From positions 1-56,263 of IMG/VR virus record IMGVR_UViG_3300032309_001984: a stretch of DNA of 56,263 bases. The stretch is one strand, 5' to 3'. Below, piece after piece: positions 37,288 through 46,238 of this stretch. The position numbers were made by a program, and so were the translations under genes. Under the pieces are notes generated by a model that saw only the letters and a list, made by a program, of their open reading frames with translations, searched no databases and had not been told where the DNA came from. Numbering within the stretch: the first letter of the stretch is position 1; each line of letters opens with the position of its first letter. The stretch is from a virus (Duplodnaviria; Caudoviricetes).

Positions 37288-37469
37288 TATGCCATTTCCA
37301 TTTCTTTTACGCAGGCATCCCAAAATTTATTTTCATCAAATCTTGGATTGTCTGAAGCGAACCATTCGCTAAATTCAAAAATTAAATCTTGAAAGGTGTG
37401 TGAGTCGATTGTCTCTGCAAATTTATTTAGAATGTTTGCAGTTTCTACATAGTCTTTACGAGTCATCAT
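37287..37469 (-). CDS. Hypothetical protein (MTRKDY ... DNPRFD..KF..AC)
   Basis: Small phage protein pattern. Confidence 0.7.
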   Translation of the reverse strand: MMTRKDYVETANILNKFAETIDSHTFQDLIFEFSEWFASDNPRFDENKFWDACVKEMEMA

Positions 37470-37675
37470 TATTCGGCCACCTTAAGAATTGCGTATGAAC
37501 CTCGTGCATTTATTTCTTCAAGTGTTGAAGCAATTGCAGGCACTAACAATTCTTTTAGCATTCCTTCAAGCATTTCTACTAAAACTGAGTGAGGCATAGA
37601 AAGTGCTTGTAGTGCTACTGGATGAGTTTCATCAAATTCGGTTACGAATTTTAGAGAGTGTTCTATTTTAGTCAT
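37469..37675 (-). CDS. Hypothetical protein
   Basis: Coupled ORF. Confidence 0.6.
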   Translation of the reverse strand: MTKIEHSLKFVTEFDETHPVALQALSMPHSVLVEMLEGMLKELLVPAIASTLEEINARGSYAILKVAE

Positions 37676-37870
37676 TTATAGACCTCGGCTTCCTCGTAGT
37701 GTACCTGTAACGCCTAGTGCGTCACATGATACTTTAACAGATACGCCAACAGGTAATTGTGTTGGGTAGGTTGAGATGAATTGTGCAACGGCACCTTTAG
37801 AGGCTAGGTTGATTTTTTTAGTAGAACCTGAAAAGGTTTCTAGTGTTACAGTGTATGACATGGATGTCAT
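37676..37870 (-). CDS. Hypothetical protein
   Basis: GAAAGG SD; TGTCAG-type promoter. Confidence 0.6.
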   Translation of the reverse strand: MTSMSYTVTLETFSGSTKKINLASKGAVAQFISTYPTQLPVGVSVKVSCDALGVTGTLRGSRGL

Positions 37871-38257
37871 CCTTTCGTTAAGTTGATAAGACTATCTTAT
37901 CTTAGGGGGCTGACAAATTGGGCACTTATTTGCTTAGGCTCGCTGTGATTTAGGTCACATTTATTTGCTAAGGCTCATTGCTTAATTAGTCATTATTTAA
38001 TTGTTATACTAGAAGTATAGCAAAGAAATGTCAAAAAGTCAAATCTTAACACGGCGTGTCGCATGTGATGTCCGTCACAGGGGGCGGTCCCACTTTTTGC
38101 GGGATCTATTTAATTAAAGCGAATAAAGAAAACCAAATACCATCATTGCAATACATACAACTAACAATTTATTTCTCCTCAATCTCATCTAGTAATTCCC
38201 ATAGTACTGGTTCTAGTACTAGGGCTACTGCATCAAGTTTATCTTGTAGTGTTGTCA

Positions 38258-38419
38258 TTACTTAACTCCCTTGTATAGGTAGTCCCATGCACTACGGCAC
38301 ATGAGAATAGATTTACAATTATCGCAACACACGACATTGTTATTTAACTCTAAGTCATACATGTCAATACTAGTGCTAGATGCACCACATACTGATTTTA
38401 CATTAACGAAGGTACTCAT
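38258..38419 (-). CDS. Hypothetical Cys-rich protein
   Basis: ATGA overlap with the upstream gene. Confidence 0.5.
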   Translation of the reverse strand: MSTFVNVKSVCGASSTSIDMYDLELNNNVVCCDNCKSILMCRSAWDYLYKGVK

Positions 38420-38592
38420 TGAGACACCTTCCAATCTGTCCACTCAGGTAGACGCTCAGGGTCAGTATCGTTATACCAACGCTCAATGTTATTTTCACAC
38501 ATCTCACAGAAAGTGAATTGTGTATCCTGCACATCAGAGATAGCAGATTTATTAGGTGTATGCTCTTTGCATACTGTTATTAGTATAGTCAT
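38416..38592 (-). CDS. Hypothetical protein (C..H ... C..C)
   Basis: AAAGGTGG SD. Confidence 0.55.
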   Translation of the reverse strand: MTILITVCKEHTPNKSAISDVQDTQFTFCEMCENNIERWYNDTDPERLPEWTDWKVSQ

Positions 38593-38779
38593 TATTTGAC
38601 CACCTTTCTTGAACAATTTTCTTTATGTACGAAACAAGCGTATTCGCACTCTGGGCAGATACTGTCTGCAAGACGCTCACGGATTTGTGAGTAACTCTCT
38701 AAGGAGTTTCTATTTTCATGTAGTGAATTCATTGTGAATTCCTTTCTTTATCAAGAACCTTTCTTGATTTTCTTTATAC

Positions 38780-39065
38780 TGTAAGTCTAACACAGACCAC
38801 TGACATTTTAGGGTGTTTTTCGGGCGTGTCGGAAAAGTATTTTTGTGATAAGCATCACATAGGTTATACACAGGTTATCCACAGGGGGCGGTCAATGTGT
38901 CGCACATCACATCCCCTACACGGCGTGTCGGCTTGACTTTTGGCAGGGTATGTGATAGGATACTCCTATACAATTAAATAACAGGCTAAGTAAATGTGGT
39001 GCAAATCACATAGACACACCCCCTAAAAAGGGTAAAAATGTCAGTCCCCTATGGTAGTATTACTA
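38780..39065. promoter_or_regulatory. Divergent promoter hub
   Basis: Strand switch; two TGTCAG-N10 promoters, three CRP-type boxes, two DnaA boxes, two GGCGTGTC and one GGGGCGG motif. Confidence 0.65.
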
Positions 39066-39171
39066 CTATAAGAATTAAATAGAAAATCCTAGTGAGCCCT
39101 ACATAGTAGGCAAATAACCTAGGTCAGCAAAAGACTAGATAGTCTAGTCGCATTAAACGAAAGGTAGTCAA

Positions 39172-39369
39172 ATGATTACACTAGAAACATTCAGAGCAGA
39201 GCAACAGGCTCGCTATGCAGTAGAGCGAGAGTATCGCTTAGCACAGGATAAGTTAAACAATCCTAAGAAATTGACAATCCGTCAAACACAGGTACTTATG
39301 AATAAGTACGGTTTCGATAAGGCTTTAGTTATTGCTAAACGCTATAACACAATTATGAAAGGTATCTAA
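39172..39369 (+). CDS. Hypothetical protein
   Basis: GAAAGG SD; first gene after the divergent hub. Confidence 0.65.
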   Translation: MITLETFRAEQQARYAVEREYRLAQDKLNNPKKLTIRQTQVLMNKYGFDKALVIAKRYNTIMKGI

Positions 39370-39672
39370 TTAAATGACAATCACATACTCACTATGGGAC
39401 GGCGCACAATTACTAGGCGCAGGACTTACTGCTAACTCAGCAGATGAAATGAATAAGGTAGTAGCAGACCTACAAAAGGTTTCTGTCAATGTAGTAGCCC
39501 ACATGCGAAAGGTATCACAATGAACGGAATGTATGCACACACATGCGAGACATGTGGAGACACAGGTATCATTATTTTTAGTGACAACGAGACCCGCATA
39601 GACCCTTGCAAGTGTTAAGAGTTTGACTGGGTACTAGTCTCAAAAGAGATCCACGCACCAGTGCAAGAGATA

Positions 39673-39702
39673 GTGTGTCTATTATGGGCGCACTATTTTT
39701 TT
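39673..39702 (+). terminator. Rho-independent terminator
   Basis: AGTGTGTCT/GGGCGCACT stem followed by a T run. Confidence 0.55.
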
Positions 39703-39994
39703 GTGTGTATTTTCTGTATAGTATGTATCATACATCTGAACAAAATATTCAGATTTTAGGCTATTTGGGTTTTACAAAATTTTTCAGATTTTGACGGAAT
39801 AGTGTATAATAATCTCTATGGGAATACTAGATAACTTAGAAAACGCCTGGGATGATGAATTCAACTTTGAGAGTTCAATATACAAACCAGAGATAGAAAG
39901 CCTTGCTGTAAAATTATTTTCAGAAATTTGTTGTAACGGGTGTTCTTGTAAAACATCCAGTGATCACAGCAAAGAAGCAGAAATTTAAACTGAT

Positions 39995-40543
39995 ATGGCT
40001 GTAACAACGATTGATGGTTTTATATCTCCAGAAAATGTAAAAAAATTAGTTGATCACTTTAAAACCTATGAACCAGTAACATCTGATGTAGATCCAAATA
40101 ATGACTTTAACTGGGGATCAGGAACTATGGAGTTATCTTCTTTAAAAAAATATCCAGAAGAATATTTAATAGTAAAATCAATTTTAGATCGAATTGAAAA
40201 AATATTTTTAGATAACTATCCTATAGAAGGAACCTTTGGTTTTAAAAGAGTTTTTGTTCAAACTTTAAAAAAGGGTGCATCTACTACAAATCATCACGAC
40301 GATAATGACTTAAACTACGACGGTAAATTTAAAAATGAAAAACACTATAGCGCAATCCTAATGCTTAATGACAATTATGGCGGGGGAGAACTATATTTTG
40401 AAAATGAAGGTTTGGAACTAAAGACTCCTCCAGGATCATTAATATACTTTAGAGGAGATAGACAAACCTTGCATGGTGTTAGAGAAATCACTTCTGGAGA
40501 AAGAATCAATATGGTAATATTCTTCAGAGATTATGATAAATAA
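39995..40543 (+). CDS. 2OG-Fe(II) oxygenase
   Basis: HDD, LNDNYGGGELYF, HGVREITSGER. Confidence 0.9.
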   Translation: MAVTTIDGFISPENVKKLVDHFKTYEPVTSDVDPNNDFNWGSGTMELSSLKKYPEEYLIVKSILDRIEKIFLDNYPIEGTFGFKRVFVQTLKKGASTTNHHDDNDLNYDGKFKNEKHYSAILMLNDNYGGGELYFENEGLELKTPPGSLIYFRGDRQTLHGVREITSGERINMVIFFRDYDK

Positions 40544-40714
40544 TTTACCAACGTTTAGGATGTTTTTCTGTTGGCAGTGGACGGTATATCTCGTAAACAT
40601 TTAAATAATGAACAATGGTTTGGTGATCGACCTTACACTCTTCAGCAATCTTTCTAGCAGATTTTCGCTGGGATATATATTGATCGATCAACCAATCCTT
40701 GTTTTTATAACTCA

Positions 40715-40930
40715 TTACTCAGTACGATTAAGTTCCCACATGCGAGTATCTGTCATACCAACACGAATTCTTTCGGCCTGTGCTTCAGTTTCGGCATTGA
40801 TAACTAGTTCTGCGTTAAAAGCATTACGTTCTTCATCTGTGAAAAAAAACGGTACTTGGGCGTTATCAAGATAAGTCTTTTCCATAACATCCAAAATTAC
40901 AGTGTATATATATTTAGGCAATTGCTCCAC
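40715..40930 (-). CDS. Hypothetical protein
   Basis: AAGGAG SD. Confidence 0.6.
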   Translation of the reverse strand: MEQLPKYIYTVILDVMEKTYLDNAQVPFFFTDEERNAFNAELVINAETEAQAERIRVGMTDTRMWELNRTE

Positions 40931-41105
40931 TCTCCTTTAGTTTTTGATACATATTTGAAACAATAAAAACAAGACTCTGTTGCGACTCGGCAATTTGTTT
41001 TTCAGCCTCGGCATCAGTCATTCCAGATTGCTTGCACATATCACGATTATCAGAGTTAATGCTCTCTAGCATCAAATCAATAGTTTCTTCTTTGTTCATA
41101 CCCAT
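40914..41105 (-). CDS. Hypothetical protein
   Basis: Coupled ORF. Confidence 0.6.
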   Translation of the reverse strand: MGMNKEETIDLMLESINSDNRDMCKQSGMTDAEAEKQIAESQQSLVFIVSNMYQKLKESGAIA

Positions 41106-41866
41106 TCCTTTTCCTGGTCGTAAGTTACAGAGTACTCCCCTGTAAATATCTCTGCATAAGAGATGATATCTCTATTATACCGTATAAGGGTTTCTATACC
41201 AACTTTGTCGCATATGTACTTCTTACCCTTGGTAAGTGGTTTAAACTTCATCCCCTGGCCTTGTAGGGCGTTATTAAGGGTATCTATATAACGTGTCTTG
41301 CCATAACGTTTTGATGTAAATGATTGATCAACATAGTCAAACCTTGCTTGTGCATCATCTCTTTTTGCAATGTCCGAATTGTCCATTATGTACTTAACTG
41401 CAGGATGATCCATCCTATCAGACCAGTTTCGCATGTTGTTGCTGTATTTCTCCATGTTCTTGAGAGTTGAATCAGCAAAAGCCATGCGTATGAGGTCTGC
41501 AGGAGATGTTTCAACCTCTGTTGCGAAACTTATCAAAAAGGCGGTTGCGAAAGGAAACTTGTCGCTATATGTCGAAACGCCGAAGTGAACATTCGGATTA
41601 AACGACTCGACGGACATATTATCTTCTAAGAGGCGCATATGATTGCCGAGAGATACAAACTCTTGTCGATTCATATCACAATCGACGAACAAGCATTCCG
41701 ACGGATCTATATCATCGGCGAGACATAAAATATTTTTGTCGTAAGAACCTACTATTTGCGAACCGTTAAAACGCTCTAATAATTTTGCGGTCATAAAGCC
41801 ATCCATGTCAGGGGATATAATAAGATTTTTAGAATACTCCAGTGTGTTGAGTATGTCTGTTTTCAT
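41096..41866 (-). CDS. Putative DHH-like phosphoesterase
   Basis: SPDMDG (DxDG), FVDCD and GNH motifs; degenerate. Confidence 0.5.
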   Translation of the reverse strand: MKTDILNTLEYSKNLIISPDMDGFMTAKLLERFNGSQIVGSYDKNILCLADDIDPSECLFVDCDMNRQEFVSLGNHMRLLEDNMSVESFNPNVHFGVSTYSDKFPFATAFLISFATEVETSPADLIRMAFADSTLKNMEKYSNNMRNWSDRMDHPAVKYIMDNSDIAKRDDAQARFDYVDQSFTSKRYGKTRYIDTLNNALQGQGMKFKPLTKGKKYICDKVGIETLIRYNRDIISYAEIFTGEYSVTYDQEKEWV

Positions 41867-41898
41867 TTTTTAAATATACCCCTTATAATAATCTAGTT

Positions 41899-42165
41899 AT
41901 GACAATCCAAGACTGGGCTTCTCTTATAGTAGCCGTACTTACAATTGTATCATCAATCGGTCTAAGCATCAAGTGGCTTGTCAAACATTATCTGAGCGAA
42001 CTTAAAACCAATGGTGGCTCAAGCGTCAAGGATCAAATTAATAGACTTGAAGATTCTGTAGAAGAACAAAGAATAGATTCAATAAGATCTAGAGATCGCC
42101 AGGAAAAGAAACTTGACGAAATGTATCAAATTCTAATTAAGCACATTGCTTCTAACGATAAATAA
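41899..42165 (+). CDS. Single-TM protein (holin/lysis-associated type, NGGSS.KD motif)
   Basis: TM helix followed by ELKTNGGSSVKDQINRLE coiled coil. Confidence 0.6.
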   Translation: MTIQDWASLIVAVLTIVSSIGLSIKWLVKHYLSELKTNGGSSVKDQINRLEDSVEEQRIDSIRSRDRQEKKLDEMYQILIKHIASNDK

Positions 42166-42432
42166 TTTGCTATATACTATATATAAAGATAGTTTTTAAA
42201 ACTATAAAGATAGTTCTTTTTTCTTATATATATTTAGTATACACCATCGCATACATGGTCAAAATAGACTTATGGTAACAAATCGGACATTCTCTATTAT
42301 AACAATTTGATAACTTTAAATGTTATGTCCATATTGTCCTATTATGGTATAATTTTATTACTGGCTAATACCTTGGTTTGTCCTATACCCACCAATCAAG
42401 GTATTAGTCTTTATTTATGGTATAATCTGAGT

Positions 42433-42828
42433 ATGCCTATTCACTCTTCTCTTGCATTTGGTGCTGACCCAGTCAGTATGCAATGGAGCGTTGTTAGAGG
42501 AGATACTGGAACTCTAAGAGTTGAGTTTTTAGAAGATAATGAAGTAGATTATTACGATACTACCAACTGGTCCTTTAGGGCAACTGCTTATGATCAATCT
42601 GGTAACGTTTTGGATGCCCTCGAATGTGAGCCTGGCGTAGGATTTGTTGATATTACAGCCTACCCATCGGTTACAAAAAATTGGGGATTAAAATACTCAT
42701 CAGTTGTGGCTCAACTACCATTTGATCTACAGGTAACAATTCCAGAACTAATCGAAGACACTGTTTGGACTCCAGTAATTGGAACCATACAAGTATTAGG
42801 CGATATTACACCAGGGGGTACACTATAA
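42433..42828 (+). CDS. Virion structural protein (BppU-like Ig fold)
   Basis: W.VVRGDT ... FDLQ ... WTPVIG.I.V..DIT; paralogous to 45174 and 52794. Confidence 0.6.
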   Translation: MPIHSSLAFGADPVSMQWSVVRGDTGTLRVEFLEDNEVDYYDTTNWSFRATAYDQSGNVLDALECEPGVGFVDITAYPSVTKNWGLKYSSVVAQLPFDLQVTIPELIEDTVWTPVIGTIQVLGDITPGGTL

Positions 42829-44414
42829 TGGCAGTTATTAAGATTGTTCCAATGCCAGGCGCAGTTGGAGACAAGGGAGACGATGGAGCACCAGGTGCTA
42901 GAGGTCCTCAAGGCGAAAGAGGTTTGCAAGGAGTACCAGGTGTAAATGCAGTATGGTCATATCAGGGTGCATACAACCCTGCTGCTGCTTATGCAGTTGG
43001 AGATTTAGTAACATACCAAGGACAACTTTATTATACAAAGTCAGTTACAACTGCTGGAACACTTCCAACCGTTACTGCAAAATTTGATTTAATTGCATCA
43101 AAGGGTGCAGATGGACAAGCAGGTGCTAACGGTGCAAATGGTATAAACGGAACTAACGGAACTAATGGTGCAGACTTTGGAATTTACTATTTAGGAAACT
43201 ATAATCCAAACAGTGGATATGTTCCAAACATTGCAGTAGTAAGAGGTTCAGACGGACAACTCTATCTTGCTAAAGCAAGTGGACAACTTGGAGATCCAGT
43301 TGGAAACACTGCACAATGGGAGGTTTGGATTCCTAAAGGTGCAGATGGTACAAACGGGACAAATGGGACAAATGGTACAAATGGTGCAGATGCACTTTGG
43401 AATTACACAGGAGAATACAATGGCGGAGCATCATATGCCGTTGGAGATATAGCAACATATGACGGACAACTTTGGTATCGCTACAACGCTAATGGTGGAA
43501 ATGTTGGAGACACTCCTTCCCCAGGACTTTGGAATTTATTAGCAGCAAAGGGTGCAGATGGTTCTGGTGGAACAGCAAACACTGGAGATATAACTTTTGA
43601 TGGTGTAAAAATTATTGGTGCAGGAACAGCATCTGGTGATGGATCTAATAGAGGAACAATAGACTTAGTTCCAGATGCAGATTTGCTTACAAATCAATAT
43701 CATGAAGATCAGTATTTGATTATTGATCCAACAGCACCAAACCATATTCATATTCGTGGAGGAGGAACACAAGATGAATCTACAGCAGATCTATTTGTTG
43801 GAGGAGAAAGAAATCATGTTCGTGTTTCTGATGGCGGAAGAAGTGTAAGCATTAGTTCAAAGCCAGCAACTGTTATTAATACTTATACAAACGACAACCC
43901 AATAAGCAATACCTACTTTATAACAAGTAATTCAGCAAACGTTTATGTAGGGGATACATTGTTTTATCCAGGCGGAGACATAGTAACTATTGATTCAATT
44001 ACGCAAGACTCACCAAGTGCTGGTTTAATAACTATTACAGCAAACCTAAATGGAGCCCCAGCATCATTTGTTGCAGGACAGGCTCATGTATTTAGTCATG
44101 AAGAATCTTGGAATAATTACTGGCAGTTTGGAGCAGATGGTGTTCTGGCTGGTCCAGCAATGGGTGGTCTTCGTGTGCATGGAATTGAAGGCTATTCAGA
44201 ATCAGGGAATCCATTGTGGGTTTATTCAGGCGACAGCGTTGTTATTAATGGTGGTTCAGATGGAGAATTTCTAAATGATCCTACAGTTCCAGCAAACCAA
44301 ATTGCAACACTTGGAGATTTACCAACGGGAGCAACAGGAACATTCCAAACATCAGACTCTAAAATTGTTACAGTTACTAATGGAATCATTACATCCATTG
44401 AGTCACTTACTTAA
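42828..44414 (+). CDS. Tail fibre-like protein with collagen repeats and carbohydrate-binding-like modules
   Basis: Gly-X-Y runs, (GTN)n, repeated W.Y.G.YN....YAVGD..TY.GQL modules. Confidence 0.75.
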   Translation: MAVIKIVPMPGAVGDKGDDGAPGARGPQGERGLQGVPGVNAVWSYQGAYNPAAAYAVGDLVTYQGQLYYTKSVTTAGTLPTVTAKFDLIASKGADGQAGANGANGINGTNGTNGADFGIYYLGNYNPNSGYVPNIAVVRGSDGQLYLAKASGQLGDPVGNTAQWEVWIPKGADGTNGTNGTNGTNGADALWNYTGEYNGGASYAVGDIATYDGQLWYRYNANGGNVGDTPSPGLWNLLAAKGADGSGGTANTGDITFDGVKIIGAGTASGDGSNRGTIDLVPDADLLTNQYHEDQYLIIDPTAPNHIHIRGGGTQDESTADLFVGGERNHVRVSDGGRSVSISSKPATVINTYTNDNPISNTYFITSNSANVYVGDTLFYPGGDIVTIDSITQDSPSAGLITITANLNGAPASFVAGQAHVFSHEESWNNYWQFGADGVLAGPAMGGLRVHGIEGYSESGNPLWVYSGDSVVINGGSDGEFLNDPTVPANQIATLGDLPTGATGTFQTSDSKIVTVTNGIITSIESLT

Positions 44415-44434
44415 TATCGTGAGATAATAACTCC

Positions 44435-45166
44435 ATGACTGTTTCTAAATCTATGGACTTTCCAGGTGCAAAAAAGTCTTCCTATGCTGCACAAGTAGAA
44501 CAAAGTCAAGCATCTCCTACTGTAGATAATGCTCTTTCTTTTCTTCCAGTCCCTGGCCCAGTAGGACCACAGGGACCAGCAGGAAGAGACGGCAGAGATG
44601 GAAATCAAGGACCTGAAGGGCCAGAAGGAAAACAAGGACCAAAAGGTGATCAAGGTACAGCAGGTAAAGATGGATTAAGTTCTTTATCATCTTCAGGTCA
44701 ACAAGCAGGATGGGCCTCATACACAAACACCATTGACAAACCAACAAAACTTGGTATATCTCAAGGAGACGATGGTTGGGTAACTATACTATTAGATACA
44801 AAAGACAAGTCCCAAAATGAAAAGTACCTTCCTAAAGACTGTACCAGTCTTTGGAATAGCCACCAGAGAGCACTAAACTTTCACGGTATAAAAGAAGGCT
44901 CCCAAGTATCAGTAACATACAACTTTGAACTAACCACATATACCTCAAATACAGAGGTTTGGCTAAGAACTTATTTTGCAAGCAATGATCAAGAATTTGT
45001 TCAGTTGGTAGGATCTTTTAAGTACCAGGGAACATATAATCTTTCTACTACACAGCAAATCTTTATAGAAAATACTGCGATGTGGGGTAATGGAGCAGTT
45101 CCACAGATTAGAACAGACTTTGATGCATCAGTAATCTTCAATTCTGTATATGTCAGCGTGGTATAA
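44435..45166 (+). CDS. Collagen-like virion protein
   Basis: GPVGPQGPAGRDG... Gly-X-Y tract. Confidence 0.75.
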   Translation: MTVSKSMDFPGAKKSSYAAQVEQSQASPTVDNALSFLPVPGPVGPQGPAGRDGRDGNQGPEGPEGKQGPKGDQGTAGKDGLSSLSSSGQQAGWASYTNTIDKPTKLGISQGDDGWVTILLDTKDKSQNEKYLPKDCTSLWNSHQRALNFHGIKEGSQVSVTYNFELTTYTSNTEVWLRTYFASNDQEFVQLVGSFKYQGTYNLSTTQQIFIENTAMWGNGAVPQIRTDFDASVIFNSVYVSVV

Positions 45167-45173
45167 TAAAACC

Positions 45174-45626
45174 ATGGCATTTCCATCAATATATGACTTT
45201 AACTACTACAAGGGTGATACCTTTGAGTTTCGTATATACCCGAAAAAGAACGATGGAACGGTTTTTGATTTAAGTGCATTTTATGTGCCAACAAACTATG
45301 CCAATACGCCAGATGATGTAACAGATTCATCTGCACCATATGACAGTGCACAGTTTACTATCGCAACTGTTCGTGGATCTGCAGGAGTTCCTATAAAATG
45401 TTTTGCTAGAGTCTCAGATGACAATACCTTTGTTCAATGTGCAATTAGACCAGCAGAAGGAAATCAACTTGTTGCTGGTACGGAGTATGTTTATGACGTT
45501 GAGGTTAAAAAGCCAGCAGGAGCATCAGGAAGCGGACAGTATGAAGTCGTACAAACCCTTTTGACAGGTAAAATAACAATTACAGATCAGGTTACAGGCG
45601 CAACGTCTGCAACATCAGGTGCTTAA
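45174..45626 (+). CDS. Virion structural protein (BppU-like)
   Basis: YKGDTF ... YVYDVEV ... LLTGKITITDQVT. Confidence 0.65.
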   Translation: MAFPSIYDFNYYKGDTFEFRIYPKKNDGTVFDLSAFYVPTNYANTPDDVTDSSAPYDSAQFTIATVRGSAGVPIKCFARVSDDNTFVQCAIRPAEGNQLVAGTEYVYDVEVKKPAGASGSGQYEVVQTLLTGKITITDQVTGATSATSGA

Positions 45627-46219
45627 TGGCAGATATACTTTTATCTAATGATGACCTTACAGTTTTTGGTGGACCAGAAAGTATAAGTCTTGATTTAGAC
45701 ATAGGACCACAAGGAGATCGTGGAAGTATTATTATTGGAGTTCTTGGAGATCCAAGAGATTCTAATGTAGCATCAACAATTGTTCAAGATGTCCAGGCAT
45801 TAGATATTGCAATAGACTATCAATCAGCATCTCCTTATTTTAAAACTATGTTTCAGTTAGTATCTACTGGTGGGTCACTTCAATGGACACCTTTGGTAAG
45901 TTTGAAAGCAAATTCTTATTCTGCTATAAAACAGATAACTGCTTCAGGAGGTAAACTTGTAATACCTCCAATCAATGTAACAGAAATATACGATTTATCA
46001 GAAAATGAAGTTACATCAGCAAATTTTAAGGTTAACTATTCAATATCTGCTCCAGACACAGCAGGACCACTAGCAACAACTCTTGTGGTTAAAGATTTAA
46101 TAACTAGTCAAGGATTTTTAGCATTACCACTTGAAATAAAGGGTGTAGAATATGATGGAACAACCTGGGGACCTATTTCTGGCCCTAAAGTAGTCCACCT
46201 ATTTATTACGGTGGTATAA
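45626..46219 (+). CDS. Virion structural protein
   Basis: Tail module context; GPQGDRGS. Confidence 0.6.
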   Translation: MADILLSNDDLTVFGGPESISLDLDIGPQGDRGSIIIGVLGDPRDSNVASTIVQDVQALDIAIDYQSASPYFKTMFQLVSTGGSLQWTPLVSLKANSYSAIKQITASGGKLVIPPINVTEIYDLSENEVTSANFKVNYSISAPDTAGPLATTLVVKDLITSQGFLALPLEIKGVEYDGTTWGPISGPKVVHLFITVV

Positions 46220-46238
46220 TGAAAAAGGGTGATTTATA

